This document shows, one piece after another, positions 27,139-36,661 of a stretch of 64,000 nucleotides of DNA. The first letter of the stretch is position 1. Each line of letters begins with the position of its first letter. The stretch is from Candidatus Phoenicimicrobium oleiphilum (GTDB taxonomy: Bacteria; Atribacterota; Phoenicimicrobiia; Phoenicimicrobiales; Phoenicimicrobiaceae). Position numbers and translations under genes: made by a program. The DNA lies in assembly GCA_039638295.1 (NCBI GenBank), contig JBDIWJ010000002.1:12415-76414 (forward strand). Direction: 5' to 3'. The notes below the pieces were generated by a model, which worked only from the letters and a program-made list of their open reading frames with translations, made no database searches and was not told where the DNA came from.

Positions 27139-28743
27139 CTATCTCTCCTTTAGATGGAATATTGTTTCTGCATAGGCATTAGATCTATCTTTTTCCACTC
27201 TATTTAACACAGGACGCATAAATCTATTAATAATCTTCATCTCGGCTAGCTGAGCAATATCAGGATAAAGATTATATTTGTCATTGGCTACTAAAAAAAT
27301 GTCATAATCTTTTTGAAGATATTTTTTACAATTTCTTAAAGATTCTGCTATACCTTTAACATAGGCATCCCTTGCTTTTTTCCCTTGGCCTTTAGAAAGA
27401 GGACCGATTTCTAATTCATCTTTTCGTGTGAATCCAAATATTTCATATGCATATGCATGCTGTTCGTGATAATCAATAAGTCCAACATAAGGTGGACTTG
27501 AGAAAATACCTTTAATCTTTTGTTTCAGCAAAATTTTAGCAAACTCTGGATTCCTTTTTTTGATTTCTTCATAAATATTTAAGGTTCTGCTATCCCCTGT
27601 CAAACAGACTTGAAATGTTTCGGTTCTTAATTTATCAAATTGTTTAAAGCGATTTAATGTGTCTATAGTATATCTTTGCCACCACCCTTTAATGGAAAAA
27701 ATCGGTTTGCATATTTTTCCGTGTTTCTTGCAGTAATATGTAGTTGTGACAGGCTCTTTTAAGGTTGCTAAATCAGCATGAGTAGTTGCTCTGCAAGAGC
27801 GAACGGTTCTGCTTAAGATTATTGCTAATATTTTTTTAATATCCTTATTATCTATTTTTTTCAGTTCCTTAAATACAAAATCGATTTCTTCTCTTACTGG
27901 AAATAAGAACCACTTATCTAAGAAGGAACCATCTTTATCTTGTTTAATTTTAATTTTATATTTTTCCACTAAATCATAATAAATACTTAGAAAATTTTGT
28001 TCTTTATCTTTTGCATATTCTTTTTCGTTAATCTCTCCTTTTCTTACTTTCCTTTTATATTCTGGCGATGGGAAATATTTGTAATTAAATTTTGCAAGTT
28101 CTGAAAGTAGATATTCTTCAAAAGCAATATTATTTCTTGTTTTCTGAAAGTCTTCCAAGTTTAATGTGATATTGCGAATAGCTTCCCTAATCTCTGGGAT
28201 ATTATGTCTTTCAACTTTAGCGTTACTAATCATTGCATTAAACGCAGAAATGTCTACACCAATGGCATGCATTCCTAATTCATTTGCTTGAACTAATGTT
28301 GTTCCACTTCCACAAAATGGATCAAGTACTATATCACCTTTATTAAAATATATTTTTTGCTTGAATTCATCGGTATGAGAATCAAGAAAATATTCTACTA
28401 ATTGAGGAATAAATTTACCTTTGTAAGGATGCAATCTGTGAACGTGCTTTGTTCTTTCTGATTCTTTGTACTCTACAAAGGATAAATGCCAATTAAGGTC
28501 ATCACCTAATTTCTTTTTCCATTGCTTTTCTTTGTCATAAGAGTCGTAATAATCTTTAAGTTCTTTAATATTTATCAAAGGATTACCATTACTCCCATAC
28601 TTTTTTATTCTTCCGTATTGGAGTAAATATGAAATATTTGATATTGTAACTTTGCGATTTAAATATTGTGAAGCCCATTCGCTGGCTTCTTTTAGATTGT
28701 TTAGTTTTTTTTCTTCTTTTCCAAAAAGTGTTAGTTGATTCAT
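27139..28743 (-). CDS. DNA methyltransferase (N4-cytosine/N6-adenine class, motif order I...IV)
   Basis: SAM-binding DPFCGSGTT and catalytic SSPPY motifs (SPPY suggests N4-cytosine specificity). Confidence 0.85.
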   Translation of the reverse strand: MNQLTLFGKEEKKLNNLKEASEWASQYLNRKVTISNISYLLQYGRIKKYGSNGNPLINIKELKDYYDSYDKEKQWKKKLGDDLNWHLSFVEYKESERTKHVHRLHPYKGKFIPQLVEYFLDSHTDEFKQKIYFNKGDIVLDPFCGSGTTLVQANELGMHAIGVDISAFNAMISNAKVERHNIPEIREAIRNITLNLEDFQKTRNNIAFEEYLLSELAKFNYKYFPSPEYKRKVRKGEINEKEYAKDKEQNFLSIYYDLVEKYKIKIKQDKDGSFLDKWFLFPVREEIDFVFKELKKIDNKDIKKILAIILSRTVRSCRATTHADLATLKEPVTTTYYCKKHGKICKPIFSIKGWWQRYTIDTLNRFKQFDKLRTETFQVCLTGDSRTLNIYEEIKKRNPEFAKILLKQKIKGIFSSPPYVGLIDYHEQHAYAYEIFGFTRKDELEIGPLSKGQGKKARDAYVKGIAESLRNCKKYLQKDYDIFLVANDKYNLYPDIAQLAEMKIINRFMRPVLNRVEKDRSNAYAETIFHLKER

Positions 28744-28915
28744 ATCTGATTACCTTCAATTAGTTTTTATGTATAACATACCTTAATATTTGATTTTTTT
28801 CCCTTGCCCGCAATTGCAGATAACGTGTCCAGCATAAAAGAATTTTTTGCGAAGCAAAAATTTGGGTGAGTGCCGTAAGGCACGAACCTTTTATGCTTTG
28901 TTAGCTGAAGTTGGC

Positions 28916-29956
28916 TCATCTTTGCTTGAACTCAGTCAAATTTGCTAAGAATTTTTCAATTTGTTTTTCTTCTCTAAAAAATCCTCCACCGAATTCCCCC
29001 GCCCATTCCTCATACTCTGCTTTTTTCTCGTATGAGGGCAGGGCATCCATTGCGACCCTCTTTTCGATGTGAAAATAATCTGCGAACCTATCAATATAGA
29101 CCGTAAATCGCACACCTTTTTCTGAATCGCTCTCTTTAGGCAAAATACTAAAAATTGTATTTCTCGATTTTCTTTCACCCATGATACCGATGAATGCAAT
29201 ACTGCTCATCGTTGTGACGCTTTGATCGAAACATTTTGACAATTCTACAACAATTCTTTTGTAACTATCGCCAATGCCGTTCTTTTCAGCTATCTCTTGT
29301 AGCTCCTCGTAAGACAATGGCGGCTTTCTTTTCGAAGTGGATTTTGTCTGTATTCTGTATTCGGCTTCGCTCGGCTCAATCAAAAATACTTTTGCTAAAA
29401 ATTCTCTTCCTTCTTCATTCTGAAAGTACTGAAAAGTAATTGCGTTTATCCCAACGCCGTAAGAGTCCGAAAGATATTTGATTATCCTCTCGGAACTGCT
29501 ATCTATTTCGGAAGCTACAACCAGCATTTTGTGATGTTCGTTCAAAATCTCCGGGATTTCTGTGCCAAACTTTCTCTTGAAGGCTTCTTCAAGAGGACCT
29601 TTATCACCAAGATATCTATTGGCAATTTCAGTTATTTTCTCGTTTGACAAATCTTTTGTCCAAGATGCGTAATCTAATACTTGTGCAGTTATTTCTCTTG
29701 GAGTCTTATCACGTTTCAATTCAACGATGAGAATATCACCATTGTATTCAATGCACAAAAGGTCAATGATTCCCCCAAATCCTGTTTCTACCTGCCTGCC
29801 AATCACTAATAAGTCATTGGAAATTATTGAAATATCTTTTTCCAGCCAATCCTCTAATCGCTCTTCTAGATCAAGCTTTGATTTGCTGATTTCCTTTAAT
29901 GTGTCCCTATCAATGATTTCCCATACTTTTACATCTTGTGGCATTGTATCCTCCAA
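28916..29956 (-). CDS. NucS/DUF91-like PD-(D/E)xK nuclease-domain protein
   Basis: LEERLEDWLEKDISIISNDLLVIGRQVETGFGGIIDLLCIEYNGDILIVELKRDKTPREITAQVLDYASW is the conserved GxIDLL...ELKR...Q core shared by NucS/DUF91 and Shedu DUF4263 nucleases. Confidence 0.55.
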   Translation of the reverse strand: MEDTMPQDVKVWEIIDRDTLKEISKSKLDLEERLEDWLEKDISIISNDLLVIGRQVETGFGGIIDLLCIEYNGDILIVELKRDKTPREITAQVLDYASWTKDLSNEKITEIANRYLGDKGPLEEAFKRKFGTEIPEILNEHHKMLVVASEIDSSSERIIKYLSDSYGVGINAITFQYFQNEEGREFLAKVFLIEPSEAEYRIQTKSTSKRKPPLSYEELQEIAEKNGIGDSYKRIVVELSKCFDQSVTTMSSIAFIGIMGERKSRNTIFSILPKESDSEKGVRFTVYIDRFADYFHIEKRVAMDALPSYEKKAEYEEWAGEFGGGFFREEKQIEKFLANLTEFKQR

Positions 29957-29994
29957 TTCTTATGATGAGCCAATTTCTGCTAACTTAAAATAAC

Positions 29995-30052
29995 CGAAAT
30001 ACTTCGTTTATGCTCCAAAATTGGCATATTTTGCGAAATACTTCGTTTATGC
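29995..30052 (+). repeat. two direct copies of CGAAATACTTCGTTTATGC 39 bp apart, next to the integrase remnant
   Basis: Direct inspection. The position fits arm-type recombinase binding sites or an operator. Confidence 0.5.
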
Positions 30053-30132
30053 ACGACTCTAGGTGAAGCCTCAAGTTGTAACTTTTTGCTGTTTTCATTT
30101 CTTTCCAAAATCCAAAGGGCTTTTAATCCGTC

Positions 30133-30675
30133 CTATATCCCGCTGGCTAACGTAAGTATAAATTTCTGTTGTTTTTGAACTCTTATGGCCAAGTAACTCT
30201 TGAATATACCGTAAATCTGTACCACCTTCCAAAAGATGGGTAGCAAAACTATGGCGCAATGAAGCATATAATCTCTGATATGTTTTTCATCAAGCTCTTT
30301 TGGGTCTTTTGCAAAGTAGTTAATGTATCGTTCAATATGGTGTAGATATGCTTTTTGGGTTTTCTGGCTATATCCCTTTAATTTGAGCTCCTTCTTTACT
30401 ACCTCTGTAATCCTGGCTTGGTTTGGTACTTGTTTATCAGATTTTTGTTCAAAAGGAACTTGCAAGGTAGAGTTTACATAGATATTTTCATTCTTAAAAA
30501 CCGACAAAATCTTTTTTAAAATATCTTCCGAATGGGGAAAACTCCAATACTTTTTATCCGGGTGCCATCTATGGCCCTCAATGGATTTAACCATAGCAAC
30601 AAATTTAGGGTCATACGAAAAAGTAACGATAATTTTGCCTTCCTTTATATCTTTACTGATTCTTACGCTTGCCAT
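30133..30675 (-). pseudogene. int: tyrosine recombinase/integrase with large internal deletion and frameshift
   Basis: Intact N-terminal arm/core-binding region (RWHPDKKYWSFP...QKAYLHHIERYINYF). After DYMLH a +1 frame reads [39 protein letters not shown], which is box II with catalytic H/R/Y. The whole central catalytic domain is missing. Confidence 0.75.
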
Positions 30676-30679
30676 AAGT

Positions 30680-30871
30680 TTATTTTATTAAGTCCTCTAT
30701 ACTTATACCTAACGCTCTAGCAATCTTTGCTACTGTCTGAACAGAAGGTTTTTTAACAACATTGGACTCTAATTTTGTTAAGGTAGTGTAAGGAATACCA
30801 GCCTTCCTTGCAAGACCATCTTGTGTCAAGCCTTTCTTCTTTCTAAATTTCTTTACATTATCGCCAATCAT
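30680..30871 (-). CDS. XRE-family HTH transcriptional regulator
   Basis: 63 aa, GLTQDGLARKAGIPYTTLTKLES is a classic Cro/C1 HTH. Confidence 0.7.
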   Translation of the reverse strand: MIGDNVKKFRKKKGLTQDGLARKAGIPYTTLTKLESNVVKKPSVQTVAKIARALGISIEDLIK

Positions 30872-31243
30872 ATTTTATCCTCGACTTTGTTTCCATATAT
30901 TGATAGCATAGTTAGAGTAACCCTCTTTTACATTCAATATTATACTAAATCTAAAATAATTTTGCAATAAAATTTTGTGCGTTGTCCAGGAAATACTATA
31001 CAATTTTTAAATTATGGCTATTCTCAGTATATCAAAAAAGTATTAGAATTAGTAGAAATAAATCCTGATAAGATAGAATGGAAATTATATGAAGACTGGA
31101 CAGAAAAAATGCTTGCTCAGGTTTATGTGTGGGAAAAAGAACAAAGTCAGTCTTCGCAGTCTTTTGCTTATGAAGAGCGAAGCCGAGCGGAAGCGAGACT
31201 GAGCGAGCCTCAATTTTCCGCAAGAAAATCGCCAAGTTTCGTT

Positions 31244-31320
31244 TGGTCGGGGCGAGAGGACTTGAACCTCCGACCCCCTGAACCCCATTCAGGTGCGCTT
31301 CCAAACTGCGCCACGCCCCG
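31244..31320 (-). tRNA. tRNA-Pro (anticodon GGG), CCA encoded
   Basis: Manual fold of the reverse complement: acceptor CGGGGCG/CGCCCCG, D arm GCGC-AGUUUGGAA-GCGC, anticodon arm CCUGA-AUGGGGU-UCAGG, variable loop GGGUC, T arm GGAGG-UUCAAGU-CCUCU, discriminator A, CCA. Confidence 0.85.
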
Positions 31321-31430
31321 ACTTTATACATTATACTAAATAGTTATTATTATGGCAATAATTTTTTATCCGCATTATTAGATTATTTATTGGGAAAGTT
31401 GTCTTAATTATATTCGGGATATCTGTCCTA

Positions 31431-31560
31431 CTTTTGTAGGGGGCGGATTTATCCACCCCGGAATAAGCGGGTTCGATGAATCAAACCCCCTACAGTTGAG
31501 ATTACCACGCCCTGATAAATCAGGAGAGTGGGCGCGATGTATCGTGTATATATTAATGAC
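31431..31560. repeat. palindromic repeat units downstream of dprA
   Basis: GGCGGATTTATCCACCCC, GGGTTCGATGAATCAAACCCCCTACAGTTGAGATTACCACGCCCTGATAAATCAGG and GGGCGCGATGTATCGTG. Confidence 0.75.
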
Positions 31561-31583
31561 ATTGAATGATGCTGGTTGATAAA

Positions 31584-32726
31584 CTATAGTTTGATGAATT
31601 TTTTCCCTTCGATTTCTTTTATTAAATCTTTTAGTTCAAGGTTTAGCAATATTTCGCTAACTTTACTGGCAGATAGTTTACTTGCCTCAATAATTTCGTC
31701 TATTTGAACAGGTTCATTATTAATTATTTTATAGACAGTTTTTTCTTCTTCTGATAGAGAATATTGATTTATATTTATCTTCTCACCTTCTGGTTTTTGA
31801 TTCAATATAATAGAAAGTTCTTCTAAAATATCCTGAAAATTATTCACTAATTTTGCTCCTTGTTTTATCAGGTTATGGGTACCTTTTGATAAAGCAGAGG
31901 TTATATTCCCGGGAACCGCAAATACTTCCCTGCCCTGTTCAAGGGCAAAATCAGCAGTTATTAAAGCGCCACTCTTCTCTGCTGCCTCTACCACTACAGT
32001 CCCCCGGCTTAATCCACTGATAATACGATTCCTGCGGGGGAAATTCTGCCTTTCTGGTAGAGTAGAAAAAGAGAACTCAGTTATTACTGCACCTGATTCC
32101 TCAATCTCTCTTGCCAGTCTTCTATTCTCAGGTGGGTATATATGGTCAATTCCGCAACCCAATACCGCTATTGTTCTGCCCTTTACGGACAATGCTCCTC
32201 GGTGAGCAGCTGTATCAATTCCTCGAGCCATTCCACTAATTATAGTTAACCCAACTGAGGCTAAATCTTTACTTAAATTTTCAGCGACCATTTTTCCATA
32301 ATAGGTAGCTTTTCTTGAACCTACAATAGAAATAGAATTTTTATCATCCTTTATGATGTTTCCTTTGAAGTATAATAAAGGGGGCGGATCATGGATTTCC
32401 TTTAGATTTTCTGGATATAAGTCGTCTTCTATAGTCAAAACTTTGGTCTTGTATCTGTCTAATAAATCTAATTCTCTATTTAAGTTAATATTACTTTTCT
32501 TTTCGAAGATTCTTGAGGATATTTTAGGGCTTAAATTAAGAACTTTTGATATTTCTTCTGATTTTGCCTTCCAGGCATTTTCAGCAGTACCAAAATGTTT
32601 TATTAATTGGTAAAATCTTTTTGGGCCTATATCGGACATTTTGTTCCAGGCCAGCCAATATTTTAATTGTTGTTCATTCACCTGATATTCCTCCTCGATT
32701 ATTGGCGGGTTCGATAAATCGAACAC
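31584..32726 (-). CDS. dprA: DNA processing protein DprA/Smf
   Basis: Rossmann-like DprA core (SIVGSRKATYYG...GMARGIDTAAHRGAL) and C-terminal wHTH. Confidence 0.9.
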   Translation of the reverse strand: MFDLSNPPIIEEEYQVNEQQLKYWLAWNKMSDIGPKRFYQLIKHFGTAENAWKAKSEEISKVLNLSPKISSRIFEKKSNINLNRELDLLDRYKTKVLTIEDDLYPENLKEIHDPPPLLYFKGNIIKDDKNSISIVGSRKATYYGKMVAENLSKDLASVGLTIISGMARGIDTAAHRGALSVKGRTIAVLGCGIDHIYPPENRRLAREIEESGAVITEFSFSTLPERQNFPRRNRIISGLSRGTVVVEAAEKSGALITADFALEQGREVFAVPGNITSALSKGTHNLIKQGAKLVNNFQDILEELSIILNQKPEGEKININQYSLSEEEKTVYKIINNEPVQIDEIIEASKLSASKVSEILLNLELKDLIKEIEGKKFIKL

Positions 32727-32795
32727 CTACAGTTGAGATTGCTACACCTTGATAAATCAGTAAGGAGGGCACGATGCATCGTGCCCCTACAATTG
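32701..32795. repeat. palindromic repeat units upstream of dprA
   Basis: GGGTTCGATAAATCGAACACCTACAGTTGAGATTGCTACACCTTGATAAATCAG and GGGCACGATGCATCGTGCCCCTACAA. Confidence 0.75.
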
Positions 32796-32847
32796 AATCT
32801 TATTTCCTTTACGCAATACGCAATATTCTATACGCAATACAAGAATA

Positions 32848-33393
32848 CTAGTAAGTTCCTTTGCTGACCAACAAATTTACCGTTTTATCATTTATAGTTA
32901 CCTTCCCTGGCTCAGGCATCTGAGCAATTACTTTATCTTTAGGTATGGAAAAATGAGAAGCATAAGTAATCTTACCCAAAGTTAATCCATTTTTTTCAAT
33001 AATGGCGATAGCCTCTTTCAAATCTTTATTTCTGAGATCGGGGATATTAATCGTAAATAATTTACCCCCTTTACTCACTACTATATTTACTTCCCTCTGT
33101 TCTTTGACTTTGGAACCTGCAGCTGGGTCTTGTTTAATGATACAGTTCTTCGGAACTCTCTCATTAAATTCTTCACCAGAGATATATATCTTTAATCCAG
33201 CATTATATAATTTCTCCTGCGCAACTTCCAATTCATCACCAACCACTTCGGGAACAATAGTATCAGGAACATAGAATACATTTTGAAACACAAGAAAAGC
33301 ACATACTATCCCTGCTCCTACTATAAATATTATAAAAATTATAGTCGCAAAGGTTTTAAAAATATAATTAAATATTCTCCCTATCCAGTTCAT
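32848..33393 (-). CDS. PASTA domain membrane protein
   Basis: N-terminal TM plus two PASTA-like repeats (VPEVVGDELEVAQEKLYNAGLKI..., IPDLRNKDLKEAIAIIEKNGLTLG...). Confidence 0.7.
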   Translation of the reverse strand: MNWIGRIFNYIFKTFATIIFIIFIVGAGIVCAFLVFQNVFYVPDTIVPEVVGDELEVAQEKLYNAGLKIYISGEEFNERVPKNCIIKQDPAAGSKVKEQREVNIVVSKGGKLFTINIPDLRNKDLKEAIAIIEKNGLTLGKITYASHFSIPKDKVIAQMPEPGKVTINDKTVNLLVSKGTY

Positions 33394-33401
33394 CGATTGA
33401 C

Positions 33402-34784
33402 CTACTCTTTTCTCATCATTTTTGCCATAAAGAATCCGTCTAAATCTGAATTAGAAAGCCCAGGATATATCTGTAAAAATTTCTTCTGGTCTGATTTATA
33501 AACTTTTAATCCTCTTTCCTTAATAAAATCAGTCAAATCTTCTAATTCAAAATTAGGATTTTTGGCTAAAAATTTCTGGACTATCTCTTCATTTTCTTCT
33601 GGCTCAGTACTACAAGTGGAATATATTAACTTTCCACCAATTTTTACGTATTTTGAGGCAGTAGATAATATTTGTAACTGTAACCGGGATAATTTTTGAA
33701 ATCTATCTGTATTGAAGGATTGCCATTTTAAATCTGGCTTTCTCCGTAAAACTCCCAACCCTGAACAGGGAACATCTGCTAAAACTTTATCTGCTTTTCC
33801 TAAAAAATCTAAATTTAATTTAGTAACATCATTTTGTAAGGTTTTTACTATATCAATCCCCAATCTTTGACAATTTTCATCCACCATTGATAATCTTTCC
33901 TGGTTAGCATCAAGAGCTAAAATTGTACCTTGGTTATTCATTAATTGGGCAAGATGGGTAGTCTTCCCTCCTGGAGCACTGCACACATCGATTACCAACT
34001 CTTCAGGTAAAGGATTTACTAAGTAAGAGACTAACATTGAAGCTTCATCCTGGATTTGAAATAACCCTTCCTGATAAGCAGGAAATTTGGTAATATTCGG
34101 AAGGCCTTTGATATATAATGCCTCTTGGGCAAAAATACCTTCTTTCACCGATATATTTTTTTCTTCTAAAGCCTTTTTTAAATCAGAACGAGATATCTTC
34201 AAGGTATTAGTCCTGATTACCAGTGGGGGTATCTTATTATTTGCTTCACAAATTTTAATAGTATTCTTAAATCCGAATCTTTCCAGCCAACGCTTAATTA
34301 TCCAATAAGGATGGGAATAGACTATGGATATATATAATGCAGGTTCTTTATCTTTGTCTGGCCAGTAAATACTATCTTTGTTTTGGTTTATGTTTCTTAA
34401 AATACCATTTACGAATTTAGCTAATTTAGAATTTCCATATTTCTTTGCCAGTTGGACTGATTCATTGCCAACCGCATAATCAGGAATCCTCTCTAAAAAT
34501 AATAACTGATAGACTCCCATTCTCAAGATATTCTTTATCCAAACTGGTGTTCTATCAAAATCTTTTTTAGTAAATTGGGATATTATCCAGTCTAATTTAT
34601 TCCTGTTTCTTACCACTCCATAAGTTATTTCATTGATTAAAGCTGCATCCCTTATATCAACCTTTTCTTTTTCTAAAATTTCGTTTAGTATAATATTAAT
34701 ATAGCCCTTTTTACGGTGGATTTTTACTAAAATATTTAAGGCAATTTCTCTTATCTGGTCAACTTTTACTTTGCCTATGTCCAT
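33402..34784 (-). CDS. rsmB: 16S rRNA (cytosine967-C5)-methyltransferase
   Basis: N-terminal NusB-like domain and DVCSAPGGKT SAM-binding motif. Confidence 0.9.
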   Translation of the reverse strand: MDIGKVKVDQIREIALNILVKIHRKKGYINIILNEILEKEKVDIRDAALINEITYGVVRNRNKLDWIISQFTKKDFDRTPVWIKNILRMGVYQLLFLERIPDYAVGNESVQLAKKYGNSKLAKFVNGILRNINQNKDSIYWPDKDKEPALYISIVYSHPYWIIKRWLERFGFKNTIKICEANNKIPPLVIRTNTLKISRSDLKKALEEKNISVKEGIFAQEALYIKGLPNITKFPAYQEGLFQIQDEASMLVSYLVNPLPEELVIDVCSAPGGKTTHLAQLMNNQGTILALDANQERLSMVDENCQRLGIDIVKTLQNDVTKLNLDFLGKADKVLADVPCSGLGVLRRKPDLKWQSFNTDRFQKLSRLQLQILSTASKYVKIGGKLIYSTCSTEPEENEEIVQKFLAKNPNFELEDLTDFIKERGLKVYKSDQKKFLQIYPGLSNSDLDGFFMAKMMRKE

Positions 34785-34799
34785 TAGTTTAATCTATTT

Positions 34800-35513
34800 T
34801 TAACTCCTTCTATCTCTTAATACTATAAGTCTTAACAGTTGCAATACCGCAACTGCCGCAGCAGCCACATAAGTTAAAGCAGCAGCATTCAGGACCTTTT
34901 TAACAGAATTTATTTCTGCTTCAGAGATAATATTTCCTTTAACTAACAGAGTAACTGCCCTCTTGCTGGCATTAAATTCAATCGGTAAAGTAACTATTTG
35001 AAATAAAACTGCCAAAGAAAAGGCAATAATGCCGATATCCATTAAACTGGGGATACTAAATAGAAATCCCAGCAGGAACAGAGGTACAGCCATACGTGAG
35101 CCAATATTAGCAACAGGTATCAGATTGCTACGAAGAGCAAGGGGAAAATATCCTGCGGAATCCTGAATAGCATGGCCTATTTCATGAGCTACAATCCCCT
35201 GAGCCGCCAATGACCTACCATAATAAATATCTTTGGATAAACCCAATTTTTTCTGTCGAGGGTCATAGTGGTCAGAAAGACGTCCCTCTATCGGTTCAAT
35301 CTTAATATTTTCTAAATTGCTTTTCATCAACAGCTCCTCGGCTACTTCCCTTCCGCTTAATCCGTTTTTGGCTGATATTTTTGAATATTTTGCATAGGCA
35401 GTTTGTACTTTATATTGAGCATAAAGAGTTAGAATTATAGCTGGTATTAAGATAATCATTGTGCTGTCGAAAAAAAACATAAAATCCCTCCTATTTTTAC
35501 CATTATAATACAT
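34800..35513 (-). CDS. membrane zinc metallopeptidase (Zn_peptidase_2 family)
   Basis: HEIGH zinc motif with flanking TM segments. Confidence 0.75.
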   Translation of the reverse strand: MYYNGKNRRDFMFFFDSTMIILIPAIILTLYAQYKVQTAYAKYSKISAKNGLSGREVAEELLMKSNLENIKIEPIEGRLSDHYDPRQKKLGLSKDIYYGRSLAAQGIVAHEIGHAIQDSAGYFPLALRSNLIPVANIGSRMAVPLFLLGFLFSIPSLMDIGIIAFSLAVLFQIVTLPIEFNASKRAVTLLVKGNIISEAEINSVKKVLNAAALTYVAAAAVAVLQLLRLIVLRDRRS

Positions 35514-35540
35514 CGTGCGCCCGTTTTCACATATACTATT

Positions 35541-36494
35541 TTACGTACCCAATACTTCTCCCACTTTGATTTTATATCCATTGACAAATTGGTTCGCCGT
35601 CATTTCTTTTGAACCTGCAGGAATCAGCTTTAATATTTTTATAATCCCTTTATCACCGGTAGAAATTAGCAAGCTATCTTTTTCTATTTTAATTACACTA
35701 CCAGGAATTGAGGAACTTGCTTCGAGGCTATCGGGATAATTTTCTAAAAACCCTGCCCTGGTAATCTTGAGCTTCTTCCTTTTATAACTGGTAAAGGCAC
35801 CAGGGTAAGGAGTAGTTCCTCTTATTAAACTATATACTTTTTCTCCCTTATTGTTCCAGGTTATTTCTCCATCCTGCTTACTCATCTTCCTCGCATAAGT
35901 CGCTAATTGATTATCCTGGGGAATTCGTTTTATCTTCCCCTTCTTTATTTCTTCTAAAAATTCATTAATTACTTCTCCACTTAAGTTAGATAATCTTTCC
36001 CTGAGTTCACCATAGGTTTCATCTGGCAAAATGGTTATTTTTCTTTGATAGATAATATCACCTGCATCTACCTTTTCGCTCATAAACATAAAGGTAATTC
36101 CAGTCTCTTTTTCGCCATTAATAATTGACCAATTAATAGGAGATGCTCCTCGATATTTAGGTAGTAACGAGGCGTGAATATTTATACAACCTATCCTGGG
36201 GATATCCAAAATATCTTTAGAGAGAATTTGTCCATATGCAACTACTAAAATAATATCAGGATTAAATTTTATTATCTTTTTTATAGATTCCTCATCATTA
36301 ATATTTTCGGGCTGAAATACTTCTACCCCCCTATCCAGGGCTATTTTTTTAATGGGGGTGGGTAATATCTTTCTGCCCCGCCCCTGGGGACGATCCGGCT
36401 GAGTAATTACTTCTACTATATTTTCTTTACTGTCTAATAGTCTCTCTAAAACTGGCACCCCAAATTCTGCAGTTCCTATGAATATAATTTTCAA
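35541..36494 (-). CDS. fmt: methionyl-tRNA formyltransferase (TTG start)
   Basis: LKIIFIGTAEFGVPVLERL N-terminus with GAGGTGA RBS 8 nt upstream of TTG. The listed ORF extends spuriously into an upstream repeat. Confidence 0.9.
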   Translation of the reverse strand: MKIIFIGTAEFGVPVLERLLDSKENIVEVITQPDRPQGRGRKILPTPIKKIALDRGVEVFQPENINDEESIKKIIKFNPDIILVVAYGQILSKDILDIPRIGCINIHASLLPKYRGASPINWSIINGEKETGITFMFMSEKVDAGDIIYQRKITILPDETYGELRERLSNLSGEVINEFLEEIKKGKIKRIPQDNQLATYARKMSKQDGEITWNNKGEKVYSLIRGTTPYPGAFTSYKRKKLKITRAGFLENYPDSLEASSSIPGSVIKIEKDSLLISTGDKGIIKILKLIPAGSKEMTANQFVNGYKIKVGEVLGT

Positions 36495-36661
36495 AATGAA
36501 GATCACCTCTTCTTTTTTAATTTTTAATATTGAATTTTCTTTGCAATTCCAATGCTCTAAAAAGTAATGTAAGGGCACGATTCATCGTGCCCCTACAACC
36601 CAATTATAAATAACAATTCTAAAATTACTATAAAATAACTTGCGATACACCATATATTATA

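Noticed and set aside
31130-31243. GC-rich stretch GAAGAGCGAAGCCGAGCGGAAGCGAGACTGAGCGAGCC next to the tRNA as a second RNA gene
   Set aside because: It does not fold into a tRNA or any structure I recognise. It could be a diverged att-site or terminator region.
1-31320. Search for an attL/attR direct repeat of the tRNA-Pro 3' end (GGACTTGAACCTCCGACC) at the far side of the island
   Set aside because: No second copy found by eye anywhere left of the tRNA. The island limit is therefore inferred from gene content only.
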